In this document: piece after piece, positions 44,781 through 56,937 of the stretch
Layout: every line of letters begins with the position of its first letter
Position numbering within the stretch: position 1 is the stretch's first letter
From: Ptychomitrium polyphyllum
Taxonomy: Eukaryota
Assembly: GCA_973851085.1 (NCBI GenBank)
Contig: OZ316776.1
Coordinates: forward strand, 7,502,001 to 7,566,000
Direction: 5' to 3'
Length of the DNA: 64,000 nucleotides
Program-made: the position numbers and the translations under genes
The notes under the pieces: generated by a model
The model's database searches: none
What the model saw: only the letters and a program-made list of their open reading frames with translations
Told to the model about the DNA's origin: nothing

Positions 44781-47700
44781 ACCCATCTGAAAATGAGAAG
44801 TGAGATTTCATGGTGAGCAGATCCTGCAATCTTCTCAGCGCTTGGCCCTTAGTTTCAGATTGGCTTTTCATGCCTGGCATTCCCGCAGACTAATAGTCAG
44901 GGTTTCCACAAGGGCCAAACCTTGGACTCCTCTGAAAGACACTGGCAAAACTAGACACCTGACTTTCTCCTTTTTCAGTTTCTGCTGACAATGCAGTCAA
45001 CTCAGCCAAGGAATCTGGGAGGAGTATTTATGTAATGACATATCATACATAGTCTGTAACCAAATATTGGTCTAGGATAAGTGTATCCCAAAGATGAATG
45101 CATGAGGATCCTCCACCTCTGACTCACAGCTACGAGAAATAATTGACGCTGTAACTTGTGTGTGGAGCATCTACAGTGGACACTGGACGGCATTGCCCCA
45201 TGGAGAAACGAGGGTGGCTCTGTAATGTTGCCAAGCAGCCCATGAGCTCGCATCCACAAGGAGCATTCTTGCTTGAGTAGCAGTGTGCTGAGCAAACTCA
45301 TGGATGGATTCATGGTGCGGCTTTGGTGGGTTGGGCGATTGCAATTGGCAAGTGCAGTGATTCCCAAGTTGGTAATTGTACAGGGAAACTGTACGTGGAG
45401 AATTATCCTCTATTTTTCTGACACGCTTGAACTACCTCCATGCAAGTATTTAATGTACCAGCACCCCTCTACCTAGAAAAGGACCTCATCAACTTTTTGT
45501 TTGATGATAAATTGACAATCCTTGCACGGGTGCGTCCACTCCCACTTGAGACTTGAATCAGAAGTGCACAATAGGGGTGTCCATTTTGAGGAGACTTTGG
45601 TGAGTGGTACAATTCCATTCTTCCACAATTCACGTCAAGTGACTTGGTTCATTGCCTTCAAAGACTTATGGCCACCTCGCTATACTTCGTGCAAGTTAGG
45701 GGCCATGGAGAAGGATTTTCCCCTTGTAGTTTAGTTCTTAACGGCCTAGTTGATCCCCTACCCCAGGTAACATCTTGTGGTCTCCCCAAGTGATGTCTTT
45801 GTAAATTTAAACACCCCTCAAGCACTTATCTTTATTATTTGTAAAAATGAATAAACTGTGGAGTATGGTGCCCTGCCTTTAAAATGAAGGCCATAAAAAA
45901 ATAGATATGTGTCTTCAAAGCTGATCTTTTCATTGAAATAATAATTCATTTATACCATTTTACAGTCCAAGGTATTGAAAGTTAGTTTGGTATGTAATTT
46001 CAAAAAATCCCATCTGCAAAAGACAATTTAAGGCATATGACAATTTATAATGGTTTTCACTTGTTAAAACTTAATAATCTTATTTATTTTCTTTAAACTT
46101 AAAAAAACTGGAATAATAAAATCAAAATACTCTACATGGTAAATGGCTCTGATCACTTTTTGATAACTACAGTTCTACATAAAGTCTAAAACTGTCCACA
46201 ATGACCTAAGTAATATTTAAAGTAGTATGACCATAAAAAATGCGTACAATAAAATTGGATGAAAATCATTCACTAAATAAGAAGCCAACTACAACCATAT
46301 TAAGATTTGTCGTTCCAAAGACATACGATGCTATTACTTTGAAGTTAGTCTTAACTTTATACAAAAACATTAAAATGAAAGGATTTTTTTGCTTGCTTGA
46401 AAGAATTTTAATATTTGATACAAAAGTTCACCATATTTAATCCATAAAGAATGGAGCACCTTAATAGTACTATTAATAAAATTTAAAAGTGTCAAAATGA
46501 ATTATGACTATTTAATTGAGCATTTTTTTTTAACTTAACTATTATACAATCAAATTGATAATAAGTGAAAATAACACCAAATTATTCAACATAAATAAAT
46601 GAAAAATGGATAATGTAGCTATTTGGAATAATTTAGAGAATTGCCAATTTTGTGAATGTTTAGAACAAATGCATGAAATTGCACCATTTTAAAACTTATT
46701 AAAAATATTAATTGTAAATGATGAAACTTATATCAAATCAATGAATATAGATTTTACAATACTGTTATATACAATGATGCATTTAACTCAAAAATAGCAA
46801 AATTAAAAGAAATCAAAAGATTCAAAATTAATCAACTTTCTTGAATTTATATACATAAGTCTAAATGTGTAAGATTATTAAGGTGCTTGACTATAAATTT
46901 GGTTTTGTCGTATTTAATGAATTTATTAAATCCAATTTCTTCCTAGCACTTGATTATAATGATATTTCTATGAAATCAAATTTTAAAGCTTAGTAACTTA
47001 TAAGCATATTATGAAAATTATATCTTTATCCAACTGTATTTGAATTTAATGAAAAATATTTGATTATACATTTCCTATGAAATTTTTATGTTTAATCCTT
47101 TCATTTTTTTTAATTAAACATTTTGGAAGAGTGTATAGTGTTCCATTATAAAAATAGAATATAAATGTTTTACAATAGAGTTTTTACTTGATCAACCTAG
47201 TACAATTTTGATTTCTATATCCTACAAATGAATTTGTGAAATTGTGATTATATAAGTGTAAATAGTGTAAAAAGTGTCTCTAGAATCCTTTGTCTTTGAA
47301 GATTAATATATATCTTCAAGCAATTTTCTTATAGGTTTTATTTGAAATTATAAAAAAACTAATTAAAACTTTGAAAGAATTGAATGGTGGAGGCTAGAAA
47401 AATAACCATAATGTTGGCCTATAAACAATCCACGTAATGTTATGAGATCATTTTTCAAATTTTCTTAAGATTTTCTAAACCATATATGAAAACATATATA
47501 AGTACTAAATGATACTCAATAATCCAAAAAGATTTGTAATCATATTATATTACAACAAGAAATATGACAAATGAAAAATATTCATTAAAAGAAATGATTA
47601 AGAAAAATGATAATATTAAATAATTTTAAAGGCTTAAAATTTGAGTATCATATAGGTTATAATTCATATATTATAAAATATTCTTTGTATAAAAGAGCCA

Positions 47701-50700
47701 TTTTATGTAAATCCAATGTAAATTTTGGCATCATAAGCATGTAATAACAAAGAAGTTTTAAACCTTGAACTTCAAGGCTAGTTCTAAATAAATATTTTAT
47801 TGATCATGTGTTCTATTAGATCTTGCAATAACTTTGTTGTCACTTATGTTAAAAAGAATCAAATTATACCATAGTTAAAAGTTTATTTTCAAGCATTAAA
47901 GAATTAATACTTAATTCATTTTAAAAATAAGGTTTATATTGCAAAATTATATATTTGAAATTCTTTAGGCATGTGAACTAAATCAATGCCACAATTATTT
48001 AGGATATAAATTTTAGGTTATAATCCATAAGGTTTTTGGTTTGAAATATATCATCAAGTATTTTCTCTTTCATGATTAGAATGTCATGGTTTTAAGATTT
48101 TTATTTTTTGCAAGTCCTTAAATCAATTAGAACCAAATCAATCTAAATGATATAGTGATATTTGAGTGAAATTTGATCAACTATACTATCATTGATTAGT
48201 TATGATATACTATGTAGGTGGATAAATAATAATCTACCATTAATTTTTATAGGAATTTTAATAATTAGAACAACTCACTTTAGCTTTAAGATGAATAAAG
48301 TAATAATTTATTACAACGAATATATATAAAGTCAATATTGAGGAATTGGATTCTTAAAAGGCTGCAAAATTCAATTGAACACCTGACATGACATTGCAAT
48401 TATACCATTAATAAAGGATGTTTAAATGACTTTTTTAACTTGTTAATGTCAATGAAGCCCAACATAGGCCTTTTTTGTGACATGTTTATGTAAAGTACAT
48501 AATCTAAATATATTTGTCATTTGAACCAAAATAATTAATTTATATAGGATTTGAAACTATTATAATTCAAACCAATTCAAAGTCAGTAATAAAAAATTAA
48601 AAACGTGTAGTGAAAAGGAAATAATTAGAATAATAGCAATGCTTTTGAAAAACGTTGTATTGTTAGATACTTAAAATACATTCAACTTTGAAAATAGTAA
48701 TTTATGAATTTTTGAAGGCACATGAATCTTTGAACACCAAGAAACTCACTCATTGCTGTATGTGATTTGAAGTTTTGTTGTGACCATTTTTCATTTTAGC
48801 CTTAAAAACCAAAAACAATAATTGAGTAAAAAAAAAATTAAAAAAAAATTAAAAAAACTAAAAATCTTCATGCTTTTTAGGCTAAATTTAAGAATCTTCA
48901 CAAAGTTATGATTTTATCAATTATCTAATAAGTTTTCTTGAATTTTAACATGTAGTCTAACTGGAAGGTGCTTGATCTATTTATTCAATACGTTTTCACT
49001 TGCATTGATTATCAAGCCTTGTATCCCATCTACCGAAAAAAGCTATTAAGATTTCACTTGAAGTTTGCAAAAAGGCACTTGTGTTTGTGATGTATTCAAT
49101 CTCGAGTTATGTGTGACCAACCAAAACAGTCGCAAGAAAGCAGATGAAAATTATTGCAAGATATCAGAGCATCAACCTAGTAAGACCTACCAGTTGACGG
49201 CACCAACCATTGAGTCATTTTGCAGAGGCTTCAAATGTGGGTCCCCTTCCCATCTTCCACTGCAACTACATCATCACCTTGAAATCTGATGTTTCTGGCA
49301 CACCCAGGCCCAACTAGCATACTCTCAACTCCCAGCAGCATTGGACCCTTGCTTTGCAGAGTCAAGTGATAATGTTCCCAGACAATGACAAAGCATTCCC
49401 AACAAGCTGGGGATGGAGTAGGAAGGTGAGTATTTCAAGGGTCTGCACAGGCTCCACACAGATTGTTGACAAAGAATATTGCTCATACAAGTGTTCTGTC
49501 ATGACAGAAAACTTTGTACTCCCAAGCTGATCTTGAAGGATACATGTTGTAGGTTGGTTGTTAAATTAGAAGAAGCCCAACATAACGCGCTTTTTGTTTC
49601 TTCAGCCTCATGGATTGTCAGTTATCCATACATAATACATCAAAGTCAAATCTTGAATGGAATAAAGCTCATATACATTCGTTCAATATATACCAAGGTT
49701 TCTGTTATAAAAAGCCAAATTCTCTGAAAGCTTTATTTTGAGTACGTTCATCCAACCTAGAAGTATTGTGACATTATAGAAAGATGTTAGATTGTAGTGT
49801 AAATCTAACCCATATAGCGTGGTTGCCTTTCCCCCATTTATGGGCAATTACACTAACTCAACCCTGGAGTACTGCTATAAATTGCATCCACCATATGATG
49901 CTTATGCTATAAATTTGAATCCCTCCATTCTTAAGGAGTTCTTCTGTTCACTATTGTACAAACTTCTGTAAATATCAGTTGTGTGGATTTATTCTGGTAA
50001 CATTGGTTATATGTGACAACTTGCAAACACTCTTGTTGGTGAATCTGTTTGCTTCCAAATTATTGGAAACTGCACCAGGAAAAGGGAGACTAGGATATAA
50101 AGGAGATCATTTTATCTCTTACTGAGTAAAGCATTGAACTACTAATTACTATGCTTAACAAATTTCAGAACTTAGAGGAAAAGTAAAACATTCTTTTAGT
50201 GCTGTTCACTTGGGGTGGAGGGTCAATGTTATGACATTTTGCTTTACTTGCTTGTGCTTACCAATCATATTGATAACATATGAATCATTTTATATATTAT
50301 ATTTTAGTATGTAATTTGAAAAGGAAATGAACTGAATTCACTTGTTTGATATTAAACGTGATAAGATTGTCATGTTTATCTCATATTTCTTAAGAGATGT
50401 TAGTAAACTTAACCCTCTTCCAGCCCAAGTATGTTTTGAACATATACATTCCAAATGTCCCAATTGCATCAACAATAAGACTATCTTGGATAAATTGAAA
50501 TCTTAAATGCAGATTCATAAGTGATCTTATCTTCTTTTTCATTTCATTTGTGTTTTTGATTGGAACACATCTTTTAATATGACATGATTTCACCCATCTA
50601 CGTCCAACTCACCCAAAAAGCTGAAATTAAGTGTATTTTCCCAACAAATTAGAGCTATTTGTGAATTCATAACTTTTTGCATTAAAAAGTAGGCATGTGA

Positions 50701-53700
50701 CCTAAGAACCTTGCAATGAAATATGAGCTGCAATCATCAAGGTGAATGGGACGTAAAAGGAAATGTAATTAAAGATAAAATTCTGAGTGAGAAAATGGAT
50801 GAGTTTACAAATAACTCTCAAAAACAACCTGTAGAATCTTGGGTGCAAAAGCAAGGTGACTTTGTCAATATGGCTCCATTGCATTATGAATGATACAGAA
50901 GGATTGAGGCTTTGAACAGTCTGTATATTCTGCACAGGGTCATCATGCTGAAGGACCAAGAAGATATGATCTGTACTACATGAGAATTGTGCTTGAAACT
51001 TGCATATTGCAAATGGGAGCTGTGGATACCAGTAGACTAATGCTTTCTTACTGACTCATGAAACATGCACTATAACTCTAGTTGGCTGGCATCATCAATC
51101 ATGTGCCATCTGCATGCTGCAACTTCATGATAGACTGCAGCTGTACACTCACAGGATCTGCCTGGATACACAGGGATTGCTGGAGTTTATCACTTTGCAA
51201 GTGATTTGGTGAGCAGAAAGAATGTTTTTAAGACCGTACCCAATCAATACCGGAAAGCATTCAATCTAAGGTGTTAAGACCAATGAGCCCATTCTTGTCA
51301 ATTTAATGTGTTTGAGGAGTGATCGGATTAATTTGATTAGCATATTTTATACTTTGATGCTTGTTTCATATATACATACAGGTTATATTTGGATAACATA
51401 CATGTGTGCTGTGTACCTGGTTAATACTTGGTCTAAAGAGAGTACACATCTTGATTTAATGAAGGGAATCTATGATTTATTTCTTTTTTTTGTATAAGGT
51501 TTTTAGCCCATACTTTTTAAAAGTAAGTTGGTTAAAATGAGTACAATGTAATCGTCATTCCTATGTAAATTTAAAACTTTTATATTGAATAAAAAATTTA
51601 TGAGTTTTATAAACATTTCCAAAGGAATTCAAAATACACTAAAATTTGAATTATTTAGATACAATATAAACAAGTTATGACTTTTAAAAGTTTTACTATA
51701 CACCACTTATTATTTTTAGTCCAAGGCATACTAACTTTCATTCAACAGTATAATGTTTTACAAAAGACAAATGTTTTTACTTAAACTTGGAGATACTGGT
51801 ACTACCTACAACAAAAGGAAACCATCCATAAACCCCCAAAAGATTTATACTTCCACTAATTGGACCCATTCAGACACATCATCACCTTTTTCACCATGCT
51901 TGTCATTTCTACCTCTCTTGAAACTGCCCTCCAATTGATTACATTACTCAGGAAGAAGTTACTTTTGGAAGGTGGTCATTCTAAGGGTCTGAGAAGATTG
52001 CTATAATGTTAATTTGGAGACAATCTTTTCATGAAATGTAGATACCTCACTTCAAACAAGACATGGCACATGTCACAATAATCAACACTCCGTTTGTGAA
52101 TCAATCAATATACCATGAATGACAAATTTTCATAACTGCTCATTGTACATTTAACACGTCACTGTTCTGCACAAGTTTTGAGACTGAACTATTTTAAATA
52201 CGACCTTGAATATAATTGAATTTAATTCTCATAAGGAAAACCAGAAGCAACTTTTAAGTTCCACAGTATTAGTGGGTCACTAACACTTCAGCTATGCAGT
52301 ACACTGTACGATCATCAAAGGCAAGTGAGAAGATTCGAAGTTGGTATCCAGTTGGTCAAGTTGAAGCAGAAGCAGCTCTTCTTGTGAAGTTTAAATCCAT
52401 TTGATGCTGTGGAGTTTTTTGCACAAAACCACCAGTGATAAACTGCAAATAATCCAAGCAGATCTCCTTGTCCCCAAGCGTGGCAGAGCAGCTTGAGATA
52501 TGGAGATACTAGTGACGAATCGGGCACATGCTTTTCGTTTCTGTTACAAATCTAAAGCAATTAACGCACAAGAGCCAAAACAGGAAGACAGCCATCGCTC
52601 TCCCCCGTCTACCGGTTGCCCCTGCCATCCAGCGGACGGGGACTCGCTTGCTACTCCCCCTTGACCTCTTGCGCTCCCTTCCTGGCACAGCTCACTCGTG
52701 TCTGTATTCTAGTGTCTGTATTCAAGCCTCTGGAGATGGCGAGGCTCTTCCGGTGGGTGCTTCAGGACTCAAAGGCACCGACTTTGGTGACATTGGTCGT
52801 GTCTGTGTGAGGAACTGGCTCTAGGAATTTTTTTTGCAAATTATCAAAGCAGTCAGGAATATGTAAGAACGATGCATTTGATTTTGTGCCTGTGAAGTAG
52901 TTGAGTCCATATTTGAGATCTTTGGAGAGGGTTCGTTGAGTGCATCTGCAACTGATACTAACCTCTAAGTTGCGAGCACTTGTGCATCTTCTCATGAGAT
53001 AAGGATGAGATAATTGCTCTGGAGAAAGTCGTCCTTAGTGTGATCATGTACATACATTCAAAAATATAAACTGGATATGTATTCTTGGAGAATGAAGTTG
53101 GTGCGTAGGTGAAGTTTTGGTACCACTCCGTTATAGCCTGGCATTTCCACTTCAGCTGATTCTCGGCATTTCAAGCTTTCCGAGAATGCTAAGTCGTGGT
53201 TTAATAGAATTAGCTGGCTGTTGTGGCGATAGTTTCAGATGGTACCGAGCAAGCTTGATGAGGACGGATCAGTTTAAGGGGGTGCTGCATTAGCCGGGAT
53301 GTTAACCATCTTTGTAGTGCATTTTCCTCTTGACACTGTGACCCCTTCTCCAGACACCAGCTTTTCCCCTTCAAAAGGTGGCACCTGCGCTGCAGCCTGC
53401 TCTGCCACTTGAGGTTTCATGTAGATTCATCTCTTGCCTCTACTCTTCTGTTCTACCCACTGCCCAGCTTACAACCATCTCTGTTCAGCACCTGATCTGG
53501 AGAGCAAAGTGTTTTCCACTTGAACATATCTTTAGTATAGCATTGGCGTGGAGAGAAGCTAGCATATCCAGTGTAGCAGAGCCTTAATGTTTCTAAAACC
53601 AGCCATGAGTCAAGTTTAGATTGGCAATGAGCCTTTCTGCTTGTAGACCTTTAGATCAGCCCTTAGTATTTTTGGGGTAGAGAATTCGTAAAATTCCTCC

Positions 53701-53986
53701 TGGGAGTAAGACACATTAGGAAGGTATACCTTCAAGCATTACCAGACATTATCCCAAACGGAAGTCCGCACTCCAGCTTATGTGTGATTTTGCACACCAG
53801 AAGGGATAATTGCCATCAGAACTAGTCAACAGTGAATCAACGGAGTGTTTCATATGAAGTGGGTGCTCAAAAGAGACCTTGGCATTGAGTTGTACAAACA
53901 AAGTCATTGAGTACGTTGAACATTATCTTATATATTGTTCTTTGAAGACGGAACAAGTCATCATCGTTCATCTATTTAGCATACAG

Positions 53987-54604
53987 CACCAAGAGACCCG
54001 AGGCCGACCCGAGTGACGCTGAGGATCAGCTGCTTCTGACTGATTCGAGCTCGGTACTTCCATCCACGGTGAGTATATTAATTATCCTCCCTTTATGTTC
54101 TGTCGTACTACGGAAAGAATTTTAAAAAATGCTCATACGGTTTTCTGTGGAGTCCCTGTCCCTGTCAAATTTTCGTCTTATCCCTCGTGAAGGAAACTTG
54201 TAATGGGAATCAGTATCGTGACAGGAAGGGTTTGTTAATTGTATACAATAGAAATTGACGGTAGTAGTTGGAGTTAAACATAATATATGTAGAGAGCTTA
54301 CTTGCCATGGAACTGGAAGACTGAGAATTGAACTACTACACAAAATGCTTTTAACGTGTTTCGGCGCTCATTATCCTATCCGACTCATGACAGGAAGATG
54401 GCACCAAGGCTGAGAAAGGCAAAGCAAATAGAGGTGATTTATGATACTGTGTGGTTACACTACTCAGGGGGGTTAACTGGTCAAATACATGCAAATCAAG
54501 GCAATGCACATTTAAGAGCTGTTGACTGCATCGCTTGAGGTGTTTGCAGCAGCTATGGATGGTTCATGAGAGGGAGCATACAATTAATTATCCTTTTACA
54601 CTAG
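53987..54604 (+). other. Probable non-coding 5'UTR exon (53987-54068) and intron (54069-54604) of the GRAS gene
   Basis: Acceptor CATACAG at 53986, strong donor ACG|GTGAGT at 54069, and acceptor TTTTACACTAG at 54604, 39 nt before the GRAS ATG. Confidence 0.55.
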
Positions 54605-54643
54605 GATATTAGCATCTAAGAGCAGGCTTATAACACCTTCTCA

Positions 54644-56530
54644 ATGGAGCATCAGAAGGGGCTGTCCAATGACACTGACTCCAGAAACTCGAATACATCT
54701 AGTACTAGAGACCAGGAGAGCACGGGATTCTCAGCCACGCCAGACGACCCGCTGTCTAGCGCAGTGTTTGACCATGAAAGGCTGGAGTCCCAGCTGGACT
54801 TGGACTTAGAACTCGACATTGCACTTCAATCTCAAACCACCACTATGTGGAGTCAGTCTACCCAAGTGCACAATTGTTTACCTTCCGAGTACCAAAGACA
54901 GAGAATCATGATGCAGCAGGCAAGAGACAGTTACGGAACAAACTGCAACAACTTTAATCTCCCACTTGAAAACATTTACAACCCTTTGTTCCAGTTCCCT
55001 ATGGGAGGACCTGCTAGTCTTCAAGGCACTGCCCCAAGTCCCACAAGCCCCAGGATGATGGCGTCAAAGCTTTTGGACATGCATGAATATGTACACAGTG
55101 GTAGCAGCAGCGGTATTCATGTAGAATCTGAGGCCAGCCCTCCAGCTGGGAAGAAATTGAGATCCATCAGAGTATCCCCAATTGGCAAACACGAGGAGTC
55201 ATACAGCTCTCATCACAGTGAAGTTCTGCCATCTCCAGGATATCCACACTATTTTGCAGAGATGGATAGGCGGCCATGGATGTGCCCTTCAGCGGAGAAG
55301 GTTAAGCCAAGTGGGGTGAGGCAACAGATGGGCAGCACGGTGATGGGTACCCGGGAGCTCAGTACCATGGAGCAGTTGTTGGTTCGGTGTGCTACAGCTC
55401 TGGAAGCAAATGACATCACAAATGCACAACAGCTCATCTTTGTGATTAACAACATTGCTGCTGTTGACGGTGACCCCAACCAGCGGTTGCTGGCGCATTT
55501 TCTTAGGGCTTTAATTTTGAGAGCATCAAAATTTACACCACATTTGCTGCCTGGAGATTCAGGGGGGTTGATTAGGAGCTGTAAGCTGAAGACCGTGCTG
55601 GAGCTCACAAATTATATCGATGTGATGCCGTGGTACAGGTTTGGGTTCATCGCAGCTAATGGAGCCATGCTTGAAGCTTTTGAAGGGAAAGAAAAGGTGC
55701 ACATAATAGATTTCAATATTAGCCACTGCATGCAGTGGCCCACGTTAATTGAAGCTCTAGCTGAACGAAGTGAAGGTCCTCCTCAGGTTCGCCTCACTGT
55801 GTGCGTCTCCAAGGCCCCCATCCCACCATTGCTCGAGGTTCCGTATGACGACCTCATCATGCGTCTTGCAAAATTTGCAAAGTCCAAAAATGTGCCCTTT
55901 GAGTATGAGCTTCTCGTCGAAGATTTAGAAAATCTGAACGTATCGAAGATCAGCGTTCGAGAAGGAGAGATTCTGGCTGTGAACTGCCTGTTTAGGCTAC
56001 ACTACATGTCTGACGAAGCTCATCGTACAGACCAAAGAAGTTGTCCAAGAGATGAACTTTTGAGGTTCATTCGTCACCTGAACCCAGCCATTGTCACATT
56101 AACTGAAGAAGATGCTAATTTGACATCATATAACCTGGTTGCAAGGCTCAGAGCTGCATTTAATTATCTGTGGATTCCATTTGATGCATTGCACACATTG
56201 TTGCCGAATGAGAGCCAGCAACGACGGCACTGTGAAGATGAAGTAGCTAACAAGATTGAGAACTTGGTGGCGTGTGAGGGTGAGTATCGGATTGAGCGGG
56301 TAGAGACAAAGGATAGGTGGGTGCAGCGCATGATCAGAGCCAGGTTTGAGATGGTATCTTTCAGTGAGGATGTGGTAGCTGAGAATAGGCTCATGCTTGG
56401 GGAGCATTCGGGTTGTTGGGGTCTGAGGAAAGATGAGGACGAGGATGTTCTGTTTCTCACTTGGAAGGGCCACAACGTCAGCTTTACAACAGCGTGGGTG
56501 CCTGTTGATCAGGTTAATTTGCCTCTTTAG
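54644..56530 (+). CDS. GRAS-family transcription factor, SCL32-like (SHR-related clade), intronless CDS, 628 aa
   Basis: MEQLLVRCATALEAND...GDPNQRL (LHRI), PWYRFGFIAANGAMLEAFEGKEKVHIIDF...HCMQWPTLIEALA (VHIID), VPFEY, LTEEDANLTS...RLRAAFNYLWIPFD, ENLVACEG..RIERVE..DRW and LTWKGHNVSFTTAW (SAW). The FGFIAAN and AFNYLWIPFD motifs are typical of SCL32. Confidence 0.95.
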   Translation: MEHQKGLSNDTDSRNSNTSSTRDQESTGFSATPDDPLSSAVFDHERLESQLDLDLELDIALQSQTTTMWSQSTQVHNCLPSEYQRQRIMMQQARDSYGTNCNNFNLPLENIYNPLFQFPMGGPASLQGTAPSPTSPRMMASKLLDMHEYVHSGSSSGIHVESEASPPAGKKLRSIRVSPIGKHEESYSSHHSEVLPSPGYPHYFAEMDRRPWMCPSAEKVKPSGVRQQMGSTVMGTRELSTMEQLLVRCATALEANDITNAQQLIFVINNIAAVDGDPNQRLLAHFLRALILRASKFTPHLLPGDSGGLIRSCKLKTVLELTNYIDVMPWYRFGFIAANGAMLEAFEGKEKVHIIDFNISHCMQWPTLIEALAERSEGPPQVRLTVCVSKAPIPPLLEVPYDDLIMRLAKFAKSKNVPFEYELLVEDLENLNVSKISVREGEILAVNCLFRLHYMSDEAHRTDQRSCPRDELLRFIRHLNPAIVTLTEEDANLTSYNLVARLRAAFNYLWIPFDALHTLLPNESQQRRHCEDEVANKIENLVACEGEYRIERVETKDRWVQRMIRARFEMVSFSEDVVAENRLMLGEHSGCWGLRKDEDEDVLFLTWKGHNVSFTTAWVPVDQVNLPL

Positions 56531-56937
56531 TTATTTAAAGGTAGTCTTGGTAATTAGCTGGAATAGTTCACCTGATTCTCTATCATGGGTAGGCCTCTAT
56601 TTAAGATTCATTCATCTCAACAAGAGTTCGGTAACCCAATTCTTTGATAGGCCAATAACTGTATATATTTTACCATTTGGGCCGAGCATTTATATGCACA
56701 GATACTTGAATTCTTATAAGATTACTAATGTCCTTCTATCTGCACATCTTATGCCTTGTGAGTTCTCTGGCTTTTCAAGTGCATATTTGAGAGACCGATG
56801 GTATTGAAGACTCACCAACATTTGACAGTGTATAGCAACTAAACTGATGATTGATCTAAGGTTGTAAAGATGAAGTCGAGACATTCAATAACACGGAAAA
56901 TGTAAAGGTAAGAGAAAAGTATTCGTAGTAAGAGGTT

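Noticed and set aside
45002..45367. 121-aa minus-strand ORF in a GC-balanced island
   Set aside because: TTG start, no recognisable domain or splice partners; treated as part of the non-coding island finding.
54644..56530. miR171 target site in the GRAS CDS
   Set aside because: No GATATTGGCGCGGCTCAATCA-like site seen, consistent with an SCL32-like rather than HAM-clade gene.
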